Origin: an uncultured Clostridia bacterium
GTDB taxonomy: Bacteria > Bacillota > Clostridia > Christensenellales > UBA1242
Assembly (NCBI GenBank): GCA_947053595.1
Contig: CAMRSX010000001.1
Location: 86,356 to 150,355 of the forward strand
Length of the DNA stretch: 64,000 nucleotides
Direction of reading: 5' to 3'
Every line of letters starts with the position of its first letter. Position 1 is the stretch's first letter. The notes under the pieces were generated by a model. That model saw only the letters and a program-made list of their open reading frames with translations, was not told where the DNA came from and ran no database searches. Made by a program: the position numbers and the translations under genes. Positions 54,509-63,837 of the stretch are shown here, piece after piece.

Positions 54509-55589
54509 CAAAAACATAAACGCATGGCAACTGGGGATTATGCTTTTCATCCTTCTGTTTGCCAACAAAATTTTGGTGTTGCCATCCTTGCTTTTTGAAG
54601 GTGCAGGCTTGGAGGCAGTCTTTATTCCTGTGCTGTTTTTTGTGCTGGAAATGGGGCTTTTGTTTCTTTTTTACAAACTCAAAACAAAGCATCCCGCACA
54701 AAGCTTTTCTTTTCTTTTGAAAAATCGCTTTGGAACGCCTGTGCAAGTGGTGGCATTTGTTTTTCTGTGTGCATATTTTCTTTGCAAGGCTGTGCTGCTT
54801 TATAATGTCACATACATCTTTTTCAGAAATGTGGTTTACAAAGATTACAGCAGTTTTCTGTTTTTGTTTTGCTTCATTCCAATCATGAACCACCTTGCCA
54901 TTTCGGGCTTGAGGGTGATGGGCAGAACCATGCAGCTGTTTTTCCCTTTCATGCTGACCATTGTGCTGTTTTGTTTGGTGGTGGGCGTGTTTGGCATCAA
55001 CTCGTCGGTGTTGATGTTTTCAAAACCCTTTGCAGAAATTGCGCTGACTGCGGCAAAGCACATCTCTTCTTTTGGAGATGTTGTGCTGGTGTTTGTAGTT
55101 ATGCACCGCGTGCAAATCAAGAAGGGTGAGTGGAAGGTTGTGTTTTCTTTGGTGACGCTTGCTTCTGTGCTGGTTTGCCTCATCACTGTCATCTTCATTC
55201 TGTCTTACACTTACACTGCCTTTATGCACCCTTATGCCATTTTTGAGATTATGAGCTATGTGAAAGAATATGGCGGGCTGGGCAGAATTGATGTGGTTTC
55301 CATGGTGGGCATCATTGTGTTTGCTTATTTTCATTTGGCAATTTATTTGAAGGCTTTCATGCTGTGTTTTAAAGAGGTTTTTCCAAAGATTAATCCGCTT
55401 TACAGCGTGCTGACTTTCAACCTTGCCTTTCTTTTGATTGTGGGATTTTTCATTTTAAACCTTGAGCAAGCCGTAAGCTTTGCAGAGAAAATTTTGCCTT
55501 ATTTTGCAATCATCCCTTTTGGTATTGTGCCAATTTTGAGTGGACTTTTGTTTTTGATTAAAAAACGAAAAGAGGTGAAAAATGAGTGA
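54495..55589 (+). CDS. Spore germination receptor B subunit (GerAB/APC-like permease)
   Basis: 10-TM pattern beginning INAWQLGIMLFILLFANKIL. It overlaps the end of the A subunit. Confidence 0.85.
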   Translation: MKVLDKNINAWQLGIMLFILLFANKILVLPSLLFEGAGLEAVFIPVLFFVLEMGLLFLFYKLKTKHPAQSFSFLLKNRFGTPVQVVAFVFLCAYFLCKAVLLYNVTYIFFRNVVYKDYSSFLFLFCFIPIMNHLAISGLRVMGRTMQLFFPFMLTIVLFCLVVGVFGINSSVLMFSKPFAEIALTAAKHISSFGDVVLVFVVMHRVQIKKGEWKVVFSLVTLASVLVCLITVIFILSYTYTAFMHPYAIFEIMSYVKEYGGLGRIDVVSMVGIIVFAYFHLAIYLKAFMLCFKEVFPKINPLYSVLTFNLAFLLIVGFFILNLEQAVSFAEKILPYFAIIPFGIVPILSGLLFLIKKRKEVKNE

Positions 55590-56871
55590 AAAGCAATCAA
55601 AAATAGCAAAAAAATATGAAAATTTCATGAAAAAGCACTATTATTTGTGCGCAATCACCAAAACACCAATGCTTTTGGTGTTTTTAACCATTGCCGTTCT
55701 TTTTGGCTTTAAGGCGCTTTCAATGCCTTCGGAAGTGAACAGATATGCCGTTGTGACGGCGGTTGGAATTGACCTTTCGGATGATGAAGACAAGATGTAT
55801 GAAGTGTCGGCGCTGGTTTTTGTGCCCATTGCCGAACAAGGCTTTTCAGAGTCTTACAAGATGATTTCGTCCGAGGGAAGAAGTGTGTCTGAAGCCATGG
55901 ATTTCATTGGGCTGCATCTGGGGCGCGAAACGGGGCTTTCGCACATTAAGTTTATTGTTTTGAATGAAGATTTGCTGATGGACGATGTTTCAAAATTTTT
56001 GGATTATCTCACGCGAAACATTCATCTTTCGTCCAGCACAAAGTTGATTACAACCGATGTCTCTGCCAAAGATTTTATTTCTGCTGCGCAAAATTTGGAC
56101 AGCGAAAGTTCCATTAAAGTGAGCGAAATCATCACCTACAACAGAAGATATATCTATGCCACTGACAGCTCGCTGGAAACATTTTTTAAGGGCACCTTTG
56201 GACCAACAAAGGTTGGTTTGATGTCCAAACTCACCGTCAAGCCCGGAGAGGGCGAGGGGCTTTCTGCTGCGCAAACGGACGGGCAAACTGCCTCTCAAGG
56301 TGGCGGCGCAGGTGGCGCGGGACCAAAGACAGAAATTGTGAACGACGGCGAAACTGTTGTGTTTAAGGAGGGAGTTTCAAAACTCACCCTCACTGGCGAG
56401 CAACTTAAGAAAGTGAACTTTGTGCGTGGGAACTATAAATCTGGCTCCATTGAAATTGACCACGTGACAGACAAAGATTTAAACGACGCCAGAGTTGTGT
56501 TTGAAGTTTTTGGAAAAAAGCTTAACTTTAAGGTTAAATATGAAAACAATGTGCCGGTGATTTACATTGACACCAGCTTGACGCTGAGAATTTCTGAAGT
56601 GGAAAACAGCGGGAAAAGCCCTCAGCAAAATGTGGAGCTTTTTGTCATCACTCCAAAGACAACCGACATGATTGAAATGAAGGTTAAGCGCTCTATGTCT
56701 GAGGGCTTGGAGATTATGCGTGACAATCAGTTGGATATGGGGGATTTTTACACCATGCTTTCCAACAACAATCGCAAAGAGTTTAAAAAGTTTTTGGAAA
56801 CCTTGGAAGACCCAGAAGATTACTTAAATCACATTGTATTTAAGGTGAGTGTGAAGGTGTATTCTAAATAA
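55582..56871 (+). CDS. Spore germination receptor C subunit, Ger(x)C family, with a TM anchor instead of a lipobox
   Basis: VVTAVGIDL... and a Ger(x)C-like C-terminal domain. The N-terminus LLVFLTIAVLFGFKALSMPSE has no Cys. Confidence 0.8.
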   Translation: MSEKQSKIAKKYENFMKKHYYLCAITKTPMLLVFLTIAVLFGFKALSMPSEVNRYAVVTAVGIDLSDDEDKMYEVSALVFVPIAEQGFSESYKMISSEGRSVSEAMDFIGLHLGRETGLSHIKFIVLNEDLLMDDVSKFLDYLTRNIHLSSSTKLITTDVSAKDFISAAQNLDSESSIKVSEIITYNRRYIYATDSSLETFFKGTFGPTKVGLMSKLTVKPGEGEGLSAAQTDGQTASQGGGAGGAGPKTEIVNDGETVVFKEGVSKLTLTGEQLKKVNFVRGNYKSGSIEIDHVTDKDLNDARVVFEVFGKKLNFKVKYENNVPVIYIDTSLTLRISEVENSGKSPQQNVELFVITPKTTDMIEMKVKRSMSEGLEIMRDNQLDMGDFYTMLSNNNRKEFKKFLETLEDPEDYLNHIVFKVSVKVYSK

Positions 56872-57026
56872 GCAAAGCTTTGGAAAAGTTTAGAAAGATT
56901 GTTTTATGACAATTTTTCTTTTTGTATAGAAAAAATTTTGTTTTGTGCAAAAAAAACTTTGTGACGAATTGTGACATAAAATTTTTTGTTTTGTTTGTTT
57001 TATTATTTGTTTTATTTTTTTGTTTG

Positions 57027-57035
57027 TGATACAAT
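57027..57035 (+). promoter_or_regulatory. Extended -10 element (TGaTACAAT) upstream of ftsH
   Basis: Read directly. The upstream sequence TTTGTGACGAATTGTGACA contains a TGACGAA motif. Confidence 0.3.
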
Positions 57036-57087
57036 GGGCTTGTATTATATGGGCAGATTTGCCACTTGAAAGTTTTAAGGAGTTTGT

Positions 57088-59436
57088 ATGAACGAAAAAA
57101 AACAGAGCGGTTTTAAGATTGGTTGGATTGTTGCGCTTCTTGTTGCTGTGCTTTTGCTGGCTCTTTTGTTTGTGGATTTTGGAAATCATGGCAAAGAGCT
57201 TTCTCAAGCAGAAGTTTTTCAAATTATTGACGGAACATATCGTGATGAAGAAGGTGACAGCAAACAAGCGGTTTACATTTTCTATAAAAACGGCACGGGC
57301 TATATTCTTGTTCAGGGTTCTGAAATTAAAGAAAGTCAGGTGCCAAGCTATGCGGATTTTTGCTTTAAATATGACGCCTCTGGTGCTGACGGATTTTTGA
57401 GAGATTTGAGGCAGGCGTGTGACGAAATCAACGCTGGCAGCGGAAGCATTGTCATCAAATATCAATATGCTCCTGCGGGCATCAGCGTTTGGGATGTGCT
57501 TGTGCCAATTCTTTACATTGGCTTTGCAATTTTTGTGTTCTTTATGCTTTATCGCATGATTGCAGGTGCCAACAAGGGAGCAATGACTTTTGGAAAAACA
57601 AAAGTGAAGTCTTATCAAATGACAAAAGTGAAGTTCTCTGACATTGCAGGCATGGACGAAGAAAAAGCAGAATTGCAAGAAATTGTGGAATTTTTGAAAA
57701 ATCCTAAGAAGTTCACCGACCTTGGTGCTCGCATTCCAAAGGGCGTTTTGCTTGTGGGCAGGCCGGGAACAGGAAAAACCTTGCTTGCAAGGGCGGTTGC
57801 AGGCGAAAGCAAGGTGAAGTTCATTTCCATAAGCGGCTCTGACTTTGTGGAGATGTTTGTGGGTGTGGGCGCTTCACGCGTGCGTGATTTGTTTGACCAA
57901 GCCAAGAAAAACAAACCTTGCATTGTGTTTATTGACGAAATTGACGCCGTTGGCCGTCAGCGTGGAGCTGGGCTTGGAGGCGGAAATGATGAAAGAGAGC
58001 AAACCCTCAACCAGCTTTTGGTTGAAATGGACGGCTTTGAGCCAAACGAGGGCATCATTGTTTTGGCTGCCACCAACAGAAGCGATGTTTTGGACCCAGC
58101 GCTTATGCGTCCGGGCAGATTTGACAGACAAGTTTATGTTCATGTGCCAGATGTTAAGGGCAGAGAGGGCATTTTGCGCATCCATGCCAGAAACAAACCT
58201 TTGGATGAAAGCATTGACTTCAATGTGTTGGCAAGAATTACAACCGGCTTCACTGGCGCGGACATTGAAAATATGCTTAACGAAGCAGCCATTTTGGCGG
58301 CACGTGCGGGCAGACCAAAAATTGTTATGGAAGACATCACCGAAGGCATCAACAAGGTGATTATGGGGCCTCAAAAGAAAAGTCTGTTGTTGACAGAAAA
58401 AGAAAGAAAACTGACGGCTTATCACGAAGCTGGTCACACCATTGTTGCCAAAAAGATGAAAAATTGTGAGGATGTGCAAGAAGTTTCCATCATTCCACGC
58501 GGGAATGCGGGTGGTTACACCATGAGCCGTCCTGAAAATGACGATTCCACAATGTCTTACAGCAAGGCTTGCGACACCATTGCCATGAGCATGGGCGGAA
58601 GAATTGCAGAAGAAATTGTGTTTAAGGACATCACAAGCGGGGCTTCGTCTGACATCCAGCACGCCACAAAACTGGCAAGAGCAATGGTGTATGATTGGGG
58701 CATGAGCAAAAAAATCGGCTTCCTTGCGCTGGGTGACAACACTCAGGTGTTTATTGGAAGAGATTATCAAACCAAAAACGACTTCTCTGAAAAACTGGCT
58801 GGTTTGGCAGATGAAGAAATTCAAAATATTTTGAATTCCAACTATAAACGCGCGAAGGATGTTTTGACGGAAAATGTTTCAATGTTGCATGAAATGGCAA
58901 AACTTTTGCTGGCAAGAGAGACAATTTATAAAGAAGAAGTTGACATGATTTTGGCAGGCAAGAAGACAGAAGAGATTGTCAAGATTATGGAAGAGCGTGA
59001 AAGAAAGCAAAAACAAAAAGAACTTCGCTTGAAGGCAGAAAAAGAAAAGCTGGAAAAGTTGGAGAACTTTAAGAAAAAGATTGCTGAAGGTGAAAACCTC
59101 ATCAAAATGGGCATCATCACAGAGGAAGAGCTGACCCAACTTAAGATGGAATATGTTGAGTTTCAGAAAAAACTGAACGCCATTGTTGAAGAAAACCTTG
59201 AAAGTGAAGAAGGGAAAAAAGGCAAAGAGGACGCTGCAGCAGGTGAAAAGAAGACGCCAGAAAAGAAAGCGGCTGCCAAAAAGCCAGCCACAACAGCAAG
59301 CAAGGTGCAGCCAAAGAAAAAGGCAGAAAGCAAACCTGAAGCCGAGGCAAAGCCTTTAAGCAAAGATTCTGAAATTCAAGAAGAGAAGAAGACAACCAAA
59401 ACATCAAAGCCAAAAATTGACAAGAAGGATGAGTGA
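57088..59436 (+). CDS. ftsH: ATP-dependent zinc metalloprotease FtsH with a C-terminal extension of about 160 aa
   Basis: Motifs [17 protein letters not shown], the SRH region and HEAGH. The extension holds a coiled coil, a SHOCT-like [16 protein letters not shown] segment and a K/E/P/A-rich tail. Confidence 0.92.
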   Translation: MNEKKQSGFKIGWIVALLVAVLLLALLFVDFGNHGKELSQAEVFQIIDGTYRDEEGDSKQAVYIFYKNGTGYILVQGSEIKESQVPSYADFCFKYDASGADGFLRDLRQACDEINAGSGSIVIKYQYAPAGISVWDVLVPILYIGFAIFVFFMLYRMIAGANKGAMTFGKTKVKSYQMTKVKFSDIAGMDEEKAELQEIVEFLKNPKKFTDLGARIPKGVLLVGRPGTGKTLLARAVAGESKVKFISISGSDFVEMFVGVGASRVRDLFDQAKKNKPCIVFIDEIDAVGRQRGAGLGGGNDEREQTLNQLLVEMDGFEPNEGIIVLAATNRSDVLDPALMRPGRFDRQVYVHVPDVKGREGILRIHARNKPLDESIDFNVLARITTGFTGADIENMLNEAAILAARAGRPKIVMEDITEGINKVIMGPQKKSLLLTEKERKLTAYHEAGHTIVAKKMKNCEDVQEVSIIPRGNAGGYTMSRPENDDSTMSYSKACDTIAMSMGGRIAEEIVFKDITSGASSDIQHATKLARAMVYDWGMSKKIGFLALGDNTQVFIGRDYQTKNDFSEKLAGLADEEIQNILNSNYKRAKDVLTENVSMLHEMAKLLLARETIYKEEVDMILAGKKTEEIVKIMEERERKQKQKELRLKAEKEKLEKLENFKKKIAEGENLIKMGIITEEELTQLKMEYVEFQKKLNAIVEENLESEEGKKGKEDAAAGEKKTPEKKAAAKKPATTASKVQPKKKAESKPEAEAKPLSKDSEIQEEKKTTKTSKPKIDKKDE

Positions 59437-60239
59437 AATTGATGGAAGAAAACAATAATTTGCAAGCAGAGGTTGCGCCAGAAGAGAGCGCGCCAACAGA
59501 AAATGCAGAAAAAATGGTGAAGAAATCAAAAAAGAGTGTGCATTCACAGGCAGAAACTGTGGACGAAAGCACACTGAGTGAAGACGAGCTTTATGCAAAA
59601 ATTCAAACGGAAAAGCTTCTTAAAAGAAAGCAAACCAAAAAAATTGCCACACTTTCGGGCTTGTGCGTGGCAATGGTGTTGGCAGTTTGCCTCATCATTT
59701 TGGCGGCAGTGCCAATCAGCCTGAAGCCAAGCTGCATCAAAAGCGGATTTTATGATGTGAAACTTTATGCTGGCAGCAGCGCACCTGCAGTTTTTGTTGA
59801 AGGTGAAGAAGAGTTTGACGCGTTTTTGAAATATTACAGCAAATCTTTCAGCCAAACTTGTCTTGCAGCAATGTTCAATGGCGGCATGGGCACATACAAC
59901 ATTGACGAGCAGCATGTGAAGGTGGATGAAAGGAATGTGCTTTCAAAAGTTAAAGAACTTGCAGGCAGCGGCAACAACCTTGTGAGGCTGGGCTTTGACG
60001 AAGAAAGACATCTGACAAAAAAGAACGGAAGAACTTATCATTCCATATACAGCAACAGCCGTTGGGACGGAGTGCTGAAGTTTGACGAAGCCTATTTTGT
60101 TGTCAATCAAGAAAAGGGTGTGAAAAACACCAGCGTTTATATTGTGGCAGAATATCCAGACTATGGAACTTGCTTGGTGATTTTGACAGTTAAGGCGGAC
60201 ACCAGCATCCTTTATGAAGCTTGGGACAAATTGGTTTGA
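59433..60239 (+). CDS. Single-pass membrane protein of unknown function
   Basis: A GTG overlaps the ftsH stop; ATG 59442 is an alternative start. The TM segment is IATLSGLCVAMVLAVCLIILAAV. Confidence 0.55.
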   Translation: MKLMEENNNLQAEVAPEESAPTENAEKMVKKSKKSVHSQAETVDESTLSEDELYAKIQTEKLLKRKQTKKIATLSGLCVAMVLAVCLIILAAVPISLKPSCIKSGFYDVKLYAGSSAPAVFVEGEEEFDAFLKYYSKSFSQTCLAAMFNGGMGTYNIDEQHVKVDERNVLSKVKELAGSGNNLVRLGFDEERHLTKKNGRTYHSIYSNSRWDGVLKFDEAYFVVNQEKGVKNTSVYIVAEYPDYGTCLVILTVKADTSILYEAWDKLV

Positions 60240-60294
60240 TTGAAAACGAAAACCACAAAAATTTGAAAAATTGTTGAAAACTTTTGAAAAACAA

Positions 60295-60323
60295 TTGACA
60301 TACTTTTCTTTTGGTGATATAAT
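60295..60323 (+). promoter_or_regulatory. Consensus sigma-A promoter (TTGACA, 17 nt spacer, TGaTATAAT)
   Basis: Read directly upstream of the rplJ leader. Confidence 0.7.
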
Positions 60324-60329
60324 GAGGAA

Positions 60330-60502
60330 GCAATTTAAAAATCTTCCTAAGACCGCAAGTGCTTTTTTAAGCGTAAACACAGCCGTGTGCTTGCCGAGGA
60401 AAAGTATGGTGATGAATTTTTATCTCTGTGACTTTTCCGTGGGTTACAGAGATTTTTTTATGCAAAACAAAACGCAAAATCTTATAAAAGGAGGCAAAAA
60501 TC
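60330..60502 (+). promoter_or_regulatory. Ribosomal protein L10 leader (autoregulatory attenuator RNA)
   Basis: The position between promoter and rplJ fits. It ends in the hairpin ATCTCTGT...ACAGAGAT followed by TTTTTTT (about 60431-60467), as expected for the Firmicute L10 leader. The fold was not modelled. Confidence 0.55.
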
Positions 60503-61018
60503 TTGAGTGCAAATTTGGAAGCTAAAAAAATTGTGGTTGAAGAAATCAAAGAAAAGTTTGCAAGGGCAAAAACAATTGCTTTTGTGGACTATCGCGGCTT
60601 GACTGTTGCTGAAGACACTGCTCTTCGCAAGAAGTTTCGCGCTTCTGGATGCGACTATAAGGTGTATAAAAACCGCTTGATGCTGAAGGCGTTAACCGAC
60701 CTTGGCATTCAGTGCCCAGCAAGCCAGCTTGAGGGAACAACAGCTGTTGCTTTGGGATACGCTGATGAAGTTGCTCCTGCAAAAATTGTCTGCGACACAA
60801 TCAAACAAACAAACAAAATGTCAATCAAGTTTGGCATTTTGAACGGAGTTAGCGTTGACGCTGCTTCAATTGAAGCATTGGCAAAACTTCCATCAAAGGA
60901 AGAGTTGATTGCAAAGCTTCTTGGAACTTTGAACAACACTGCAGCAAGTTTGTGCAGAGTTCTTTCAGCCCCAACGCGTGGGCTGGCAATTGCTTTGAAC
61001 GCAATTGCAACAAAGTGA
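60503..61018 (+). CDS. rplJ: 50S ribosomal protein L10
   Basis: TTG start follows AAAGGAGG. The protein contains FVDYRGLTVAEDTALRKKFR. Confidence 0.93.
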   Translation: MSANLEAKKIVVEEIKEKFARAKTIAFVDYRGLTVAEDTALRKKFRASGCDYKVYKNRLMLKALTDLGIQCPASQLEGTTAVALGYADEVAPAKIVCDTIKQTNKMSIKFGILNGVSVDAASIEALAKLPSKEELIAKLLGTLNNTAASLCRVLSAPTRGLAIALNAIATK

Positions 61019-61108
61019 GTGAACAACAACACTTTGCAAACATCGCGTAAATAACAAAAACAAAACACGCACCTTTGGTGCAAAAAAAATTAAAGGAGAA
61101 AAAATAAA

Positions 61109-61489
61109 ATGGCTGATATTAAAAATCTTGTTGAAGAAATCAAAAAATTGACAATCGTTGAAGTTTCTGAGCTTGTTAAAGCTTTGGAAGAAGAATTTGG
61201 CGTTAGCGCTGCTGCACCTGTTGCAGTTGCTGCTGCACCTGCTGCTGGCGGAGCTGCTGCTCCTGCAGAAGAAGAGAAGAGCGAATTTAACCTCTTCTTG
61301 AAAGAAGTTGGCGCAAACAAAATTGGCGTCATCAAAGTTGTGAGAGAAGTTACTGGTCTTGGACTTTCTGAAGCTAAGGCAATTGTTGACGGAGCTCCTG
61401 CAATGGTTAAAGAAAACGTTCCTGCTGCTCAAGCTAAAGAATTTGAAGCTAAGTTTAAAGAAGCTGGCGCTGTTGTTGAATTGAAATAA
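61109..61489 (+). CDS. rplL: 50S ribosomal protein L7/L12
   Basis: An Ala-rich hinge is followed by [27 protein letters not shown]. Confidence 0.95.
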   Translation: MADIKNLVEEIKKLTIVEVSELVKALEEEFGVSAAAPVAVAAAPAAGGAAAPAEEEKSEFNLFLKEVGANKIGVIKVVREVTGLGLSEAKAIVDGAPAMVKENVPAAQAKEFEAKFKEAGAVVELK

Positions 61490-61548
61490 TCTCATTTTTG
61501 AATTTAAATCATTTTCAACAAAAAGAGATATGAAGATTTTGCGTAATC

Positions 61549-61580
61549 AAAAAAACACATCCAAAAAGGTGTGTTTTTTT
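61549..61580 (+). terminator. Hairpin terminator (AAAAACACATCC-a5-GGTGTGTTTTTTT)
   Basis: Read directly. The stem has one mismatch. Confidence 0.6.
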
Positions 61581-61718
61581 GTTGCTTTTGTGTTGAAGTT
61601 TATGTCTGCTGCTTTGTTGTTTTAGGGCTTAGATATTTTTTGTGCTTATGCTTTAGATTTGTTTTTATTTGGCTTTTTTGGTTTGCCTCAAAAGGCTTTG
61701 GAAGGGGATGACAAGGGC

Positions 61719-62744
61719 TTATTGATATTGCTCCAGCGCTTCAAACAAATCCTTCTTGAATGCGGCAACATCAATGTCCATGCAAATTGTGGCATTTTTG
61801 TTTGCGCTTTCAAAATTGGTGTCAATATATCCATAATCCTCAGTTTTCTTTTCCAACTTTTTATATTTTCTGCTGGCTTTGGAAGGGTTCTTTGTTGTGC
61901 TGGAGGATGTCCAGTTTTCAGAAGAAGCAGCCTTTTCTTTATTTTTACTTGGCAGAGAATAATATTTAATTTGGATGTTTGTCTGCTCGGTTTTGAAATG
62001 TTGTGGGTGGGTGAGATAATAAACCGCGCAGGCGTCATGCACGGCGGCGCCAAGGTTGCCAACATGAAAGTCACGATATCCATCAAACATCTTGGCATAT
62101 GTTTTGCCAAGTTGATTTGTGCGCTTAAAGCGCGCAATGTCCTTTTTGTCAAGATATGCAATGTGCCCAAGTTCCATTGGAACCATGACAATTTTCACGC
62201 CGCTTTGAAAAATCACTTCGGCAGCTTCGGGGTCATAGCCCGCGTTGAAAGATTTGTATGGCTTGCCATAAATCTTTTCTTTTGTGCCGCTTTCAAACAC
62301 AATCTCTTCAATTTTGTCAAGGCAGTCTGGGTGCTGGATTATCAGTTTTGCAATGTTTGTCATTGGCCCAATTGCAACAATTGTGGTTTTTCTTTTGCTT
62401 TGTTTAAGCGTTTGATAAATGACATCGCAAGCTTCTCCTTCAACAGGTTTATACGCTTGAGTTTTTCTGTTGAAAGTATAGTTTCCAAGCCCGCTTTCGC
62501 CTTGTGCGCCAAGGGCGTAGCCAGCCTTTCTTTTGATGGGCTGCGTTGCACCTTGCACAACTGGAATGTTTGCGCCTAAAAGCTCCACCAAATGCAGGGC
62601 ATTGGAGGTGATGTTTTCAATTGGACCGTTTCCGCCAGCGGAGGAGATGAGCACGATGTCAAGTTCTTTTCGCTTGAGTGCATACATCAGCGCAATGGCG
62701 TCGTCCACGCCAGGGTCGGTGTCGATTATTATTCTTTTTTTCAT
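61719..62744 (-). CDS. Inosine-uridine-preferring nucleoside hydrolase family protein with a Ser/Lys-rich insertion of about 40 aa
   Basis: IIIDTDPGVDDAIALMYAL N-terminal motif. The insertion SLPSKNKEKAASSENWTSSSTTKNPSKASRKYKKLEKKTED lies near the C-terminus. Confidence 0.85.
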   Translation of the reverse strand: MKKRIIIDTDPGVDDAIALMYALKRKELDIVLISSAGGNGPIENITSNALHLVELLGANIPVVQGATQPIKRKAGYALGAQGESGLGNYTFNRKTQAYKPVEGEACDVIYQTLKQSKRKTTIVAIGPMTNIAKLIIQHPDCLDKIEEIVFESGTKEKIYGKPYKSFNAGYDPEAAEVIFQSGVKIVMVPMELGHIAYLDKKDIARFKRTNQLGKTYAKMFDGYRDFHVGNLGAAVHDACAVYYLTHPQHFKTEQTNIQIKYYSLPSKNKEKAASSENWTSSSTTKNPSKASRKYKKLEKKTEDYGYIDTNFESANKNATICMDIDVAAFKKDLFEALEQYQ

Positions 62745-63010
62745 GTTTTCCTCTCGTTTTTTGTGAAATTATAGCAAAATTATACAATATTTTTTGCATA
62801 AATCAAAGCAATTTTTGGGCTTTGATTTTTTCTTGCCACTTTTGTTGCACGTAAAACAATATTTTTTTCGCTGTTTCAGCACATTTTTTTGTTTTTGCCA
62901 AAGAAAAATTTGCAAAATTTGAAGTCAACAAAATGACAAAAAATATGTCAAAAGTGTCAGTTTTTAAACAATTTTCTTATGCTATTCTTTAGGTGTTAGA
63001 AGGAGCCGTT

Positions 63011-63319
63011 ATGCAAGTTAAAAGCCGTGTTCACAGTGGAGTTTTGTATGTTCTTCTTTGCGGAGAATTGGACGAACACTCTGCATCTTACACCCGAATT
63101 ACATTGGATGAAATTTTTGACAAGCCCAAGTTCTCAAAGATTGTCATTGACCTTTCAGAGCTAAGTTTTATGGACTCCACGGGCATTGGGGTTTTGATTG
63201 GGCGATATAAACGCATGAAGGACAGGCGTATCCCAATTTACATCACCAATCCGTCCGCCCATGCAGAGAAGATTTTTAAGTTGACGGGACTTTATGACAT
63301 TATGCCCAAAATTGTGTGA
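63011..63319 (+). CDS. spoIIAA: Anti-sigma-F factor antagonist SpoIIAA (STAS domain)
   Basis: MQVKSRVHSGVLYVLLCGELD and FMDSTGIGVLIGRYK (phosphorylatable Ser context). ATG follows GAAGGAG. Confidence 0.88.
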   Translation: MQVKSRVHSGVLYVLLCGELDEHSASYTRITLDEIFDKPKFSKIVIDLSELSFMDSTGIGVLIGRYKRMKDRRIPIYITNPSAHAEKIFKLTGLYDIMPKIV

Positions 63320-63390
63320 AAGCCCAAGATTTTGTTTGTCGCACAAATCTTTTGCTGATTTTTTAAGTTAAGAAATGAAGGAGTTTTTTT

Positions 63391-63837
63391 ATGAAATATT
63401 CAAATTTTATGGAAGTGACATTTAAGGCCTTGTCGGTGAACGAGGGGTTTGCCAGAGTTTGTGTTGCATCTTTTTGCGTGCAGCTTAATCCTTCTGTGGA
63501 CGAAATTACAGACATCAAGACGGCTGTTTCTGAGGCGGTGACAAACTGCGTTGTGCATGGCTATCCAAATTCTGTGAAAGGGGATGTGATTTTGCGCTGC
63601 GAGCTGGAGGACAATGTTGTGACAGTGACAGTGTCTGACAAAGGCGTGGGCATCAAGGACATTGAAAAAGCCAGAGAGCCATTTTACACCTCCAAGCCAT
63701 CTGCCGAGCGCTCTGGAATGGGCTTCACAGTTATGGAAAGCTTTATGGATGAAGTTCAGGTGACCAGCAATTCTTTTGGCACAAGTGTCAGAATGACAAA
63801 AAAAATAAGCGTTGCTTCCAACGCTTTGGTGGGTTGA
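63391..63837 (+). CDS. spoIIAB: Anti-sigma-F factor SpoIIAB (serine kinase)
   Basis: Motifs VSEAVTNCVVHGY, DKGVGI and ERSGMGFTVM. Confidence 0.9.
   Translation: MKYSNFMEVTFKALSVNEGFARVCVASFCVQLNPSVDEITDIKTAVSEAVTNCVVHGYPNSVKGDVILRCELEDNVVTVTVSDKGVGIKDIEKAREPFYTSKPSAERSGMGFTVMESFMDEVQVTSNSFGTSVRMTKKISVASNALVG

Noticed and set aside
57874-58824. 316-aa ORF antisense to ftsH
   Set aside because: A shadow ORF opposite the conserved AAA/peptidase core.
61659-62579. 306-aa plus-strand ORF opposite the nucleoside hydrolase
   Set aside because: The minus-strand product has the canonical DTDPGVDDAIAL motif. The plus-strand product is Phe/Cys-rich nonsense.
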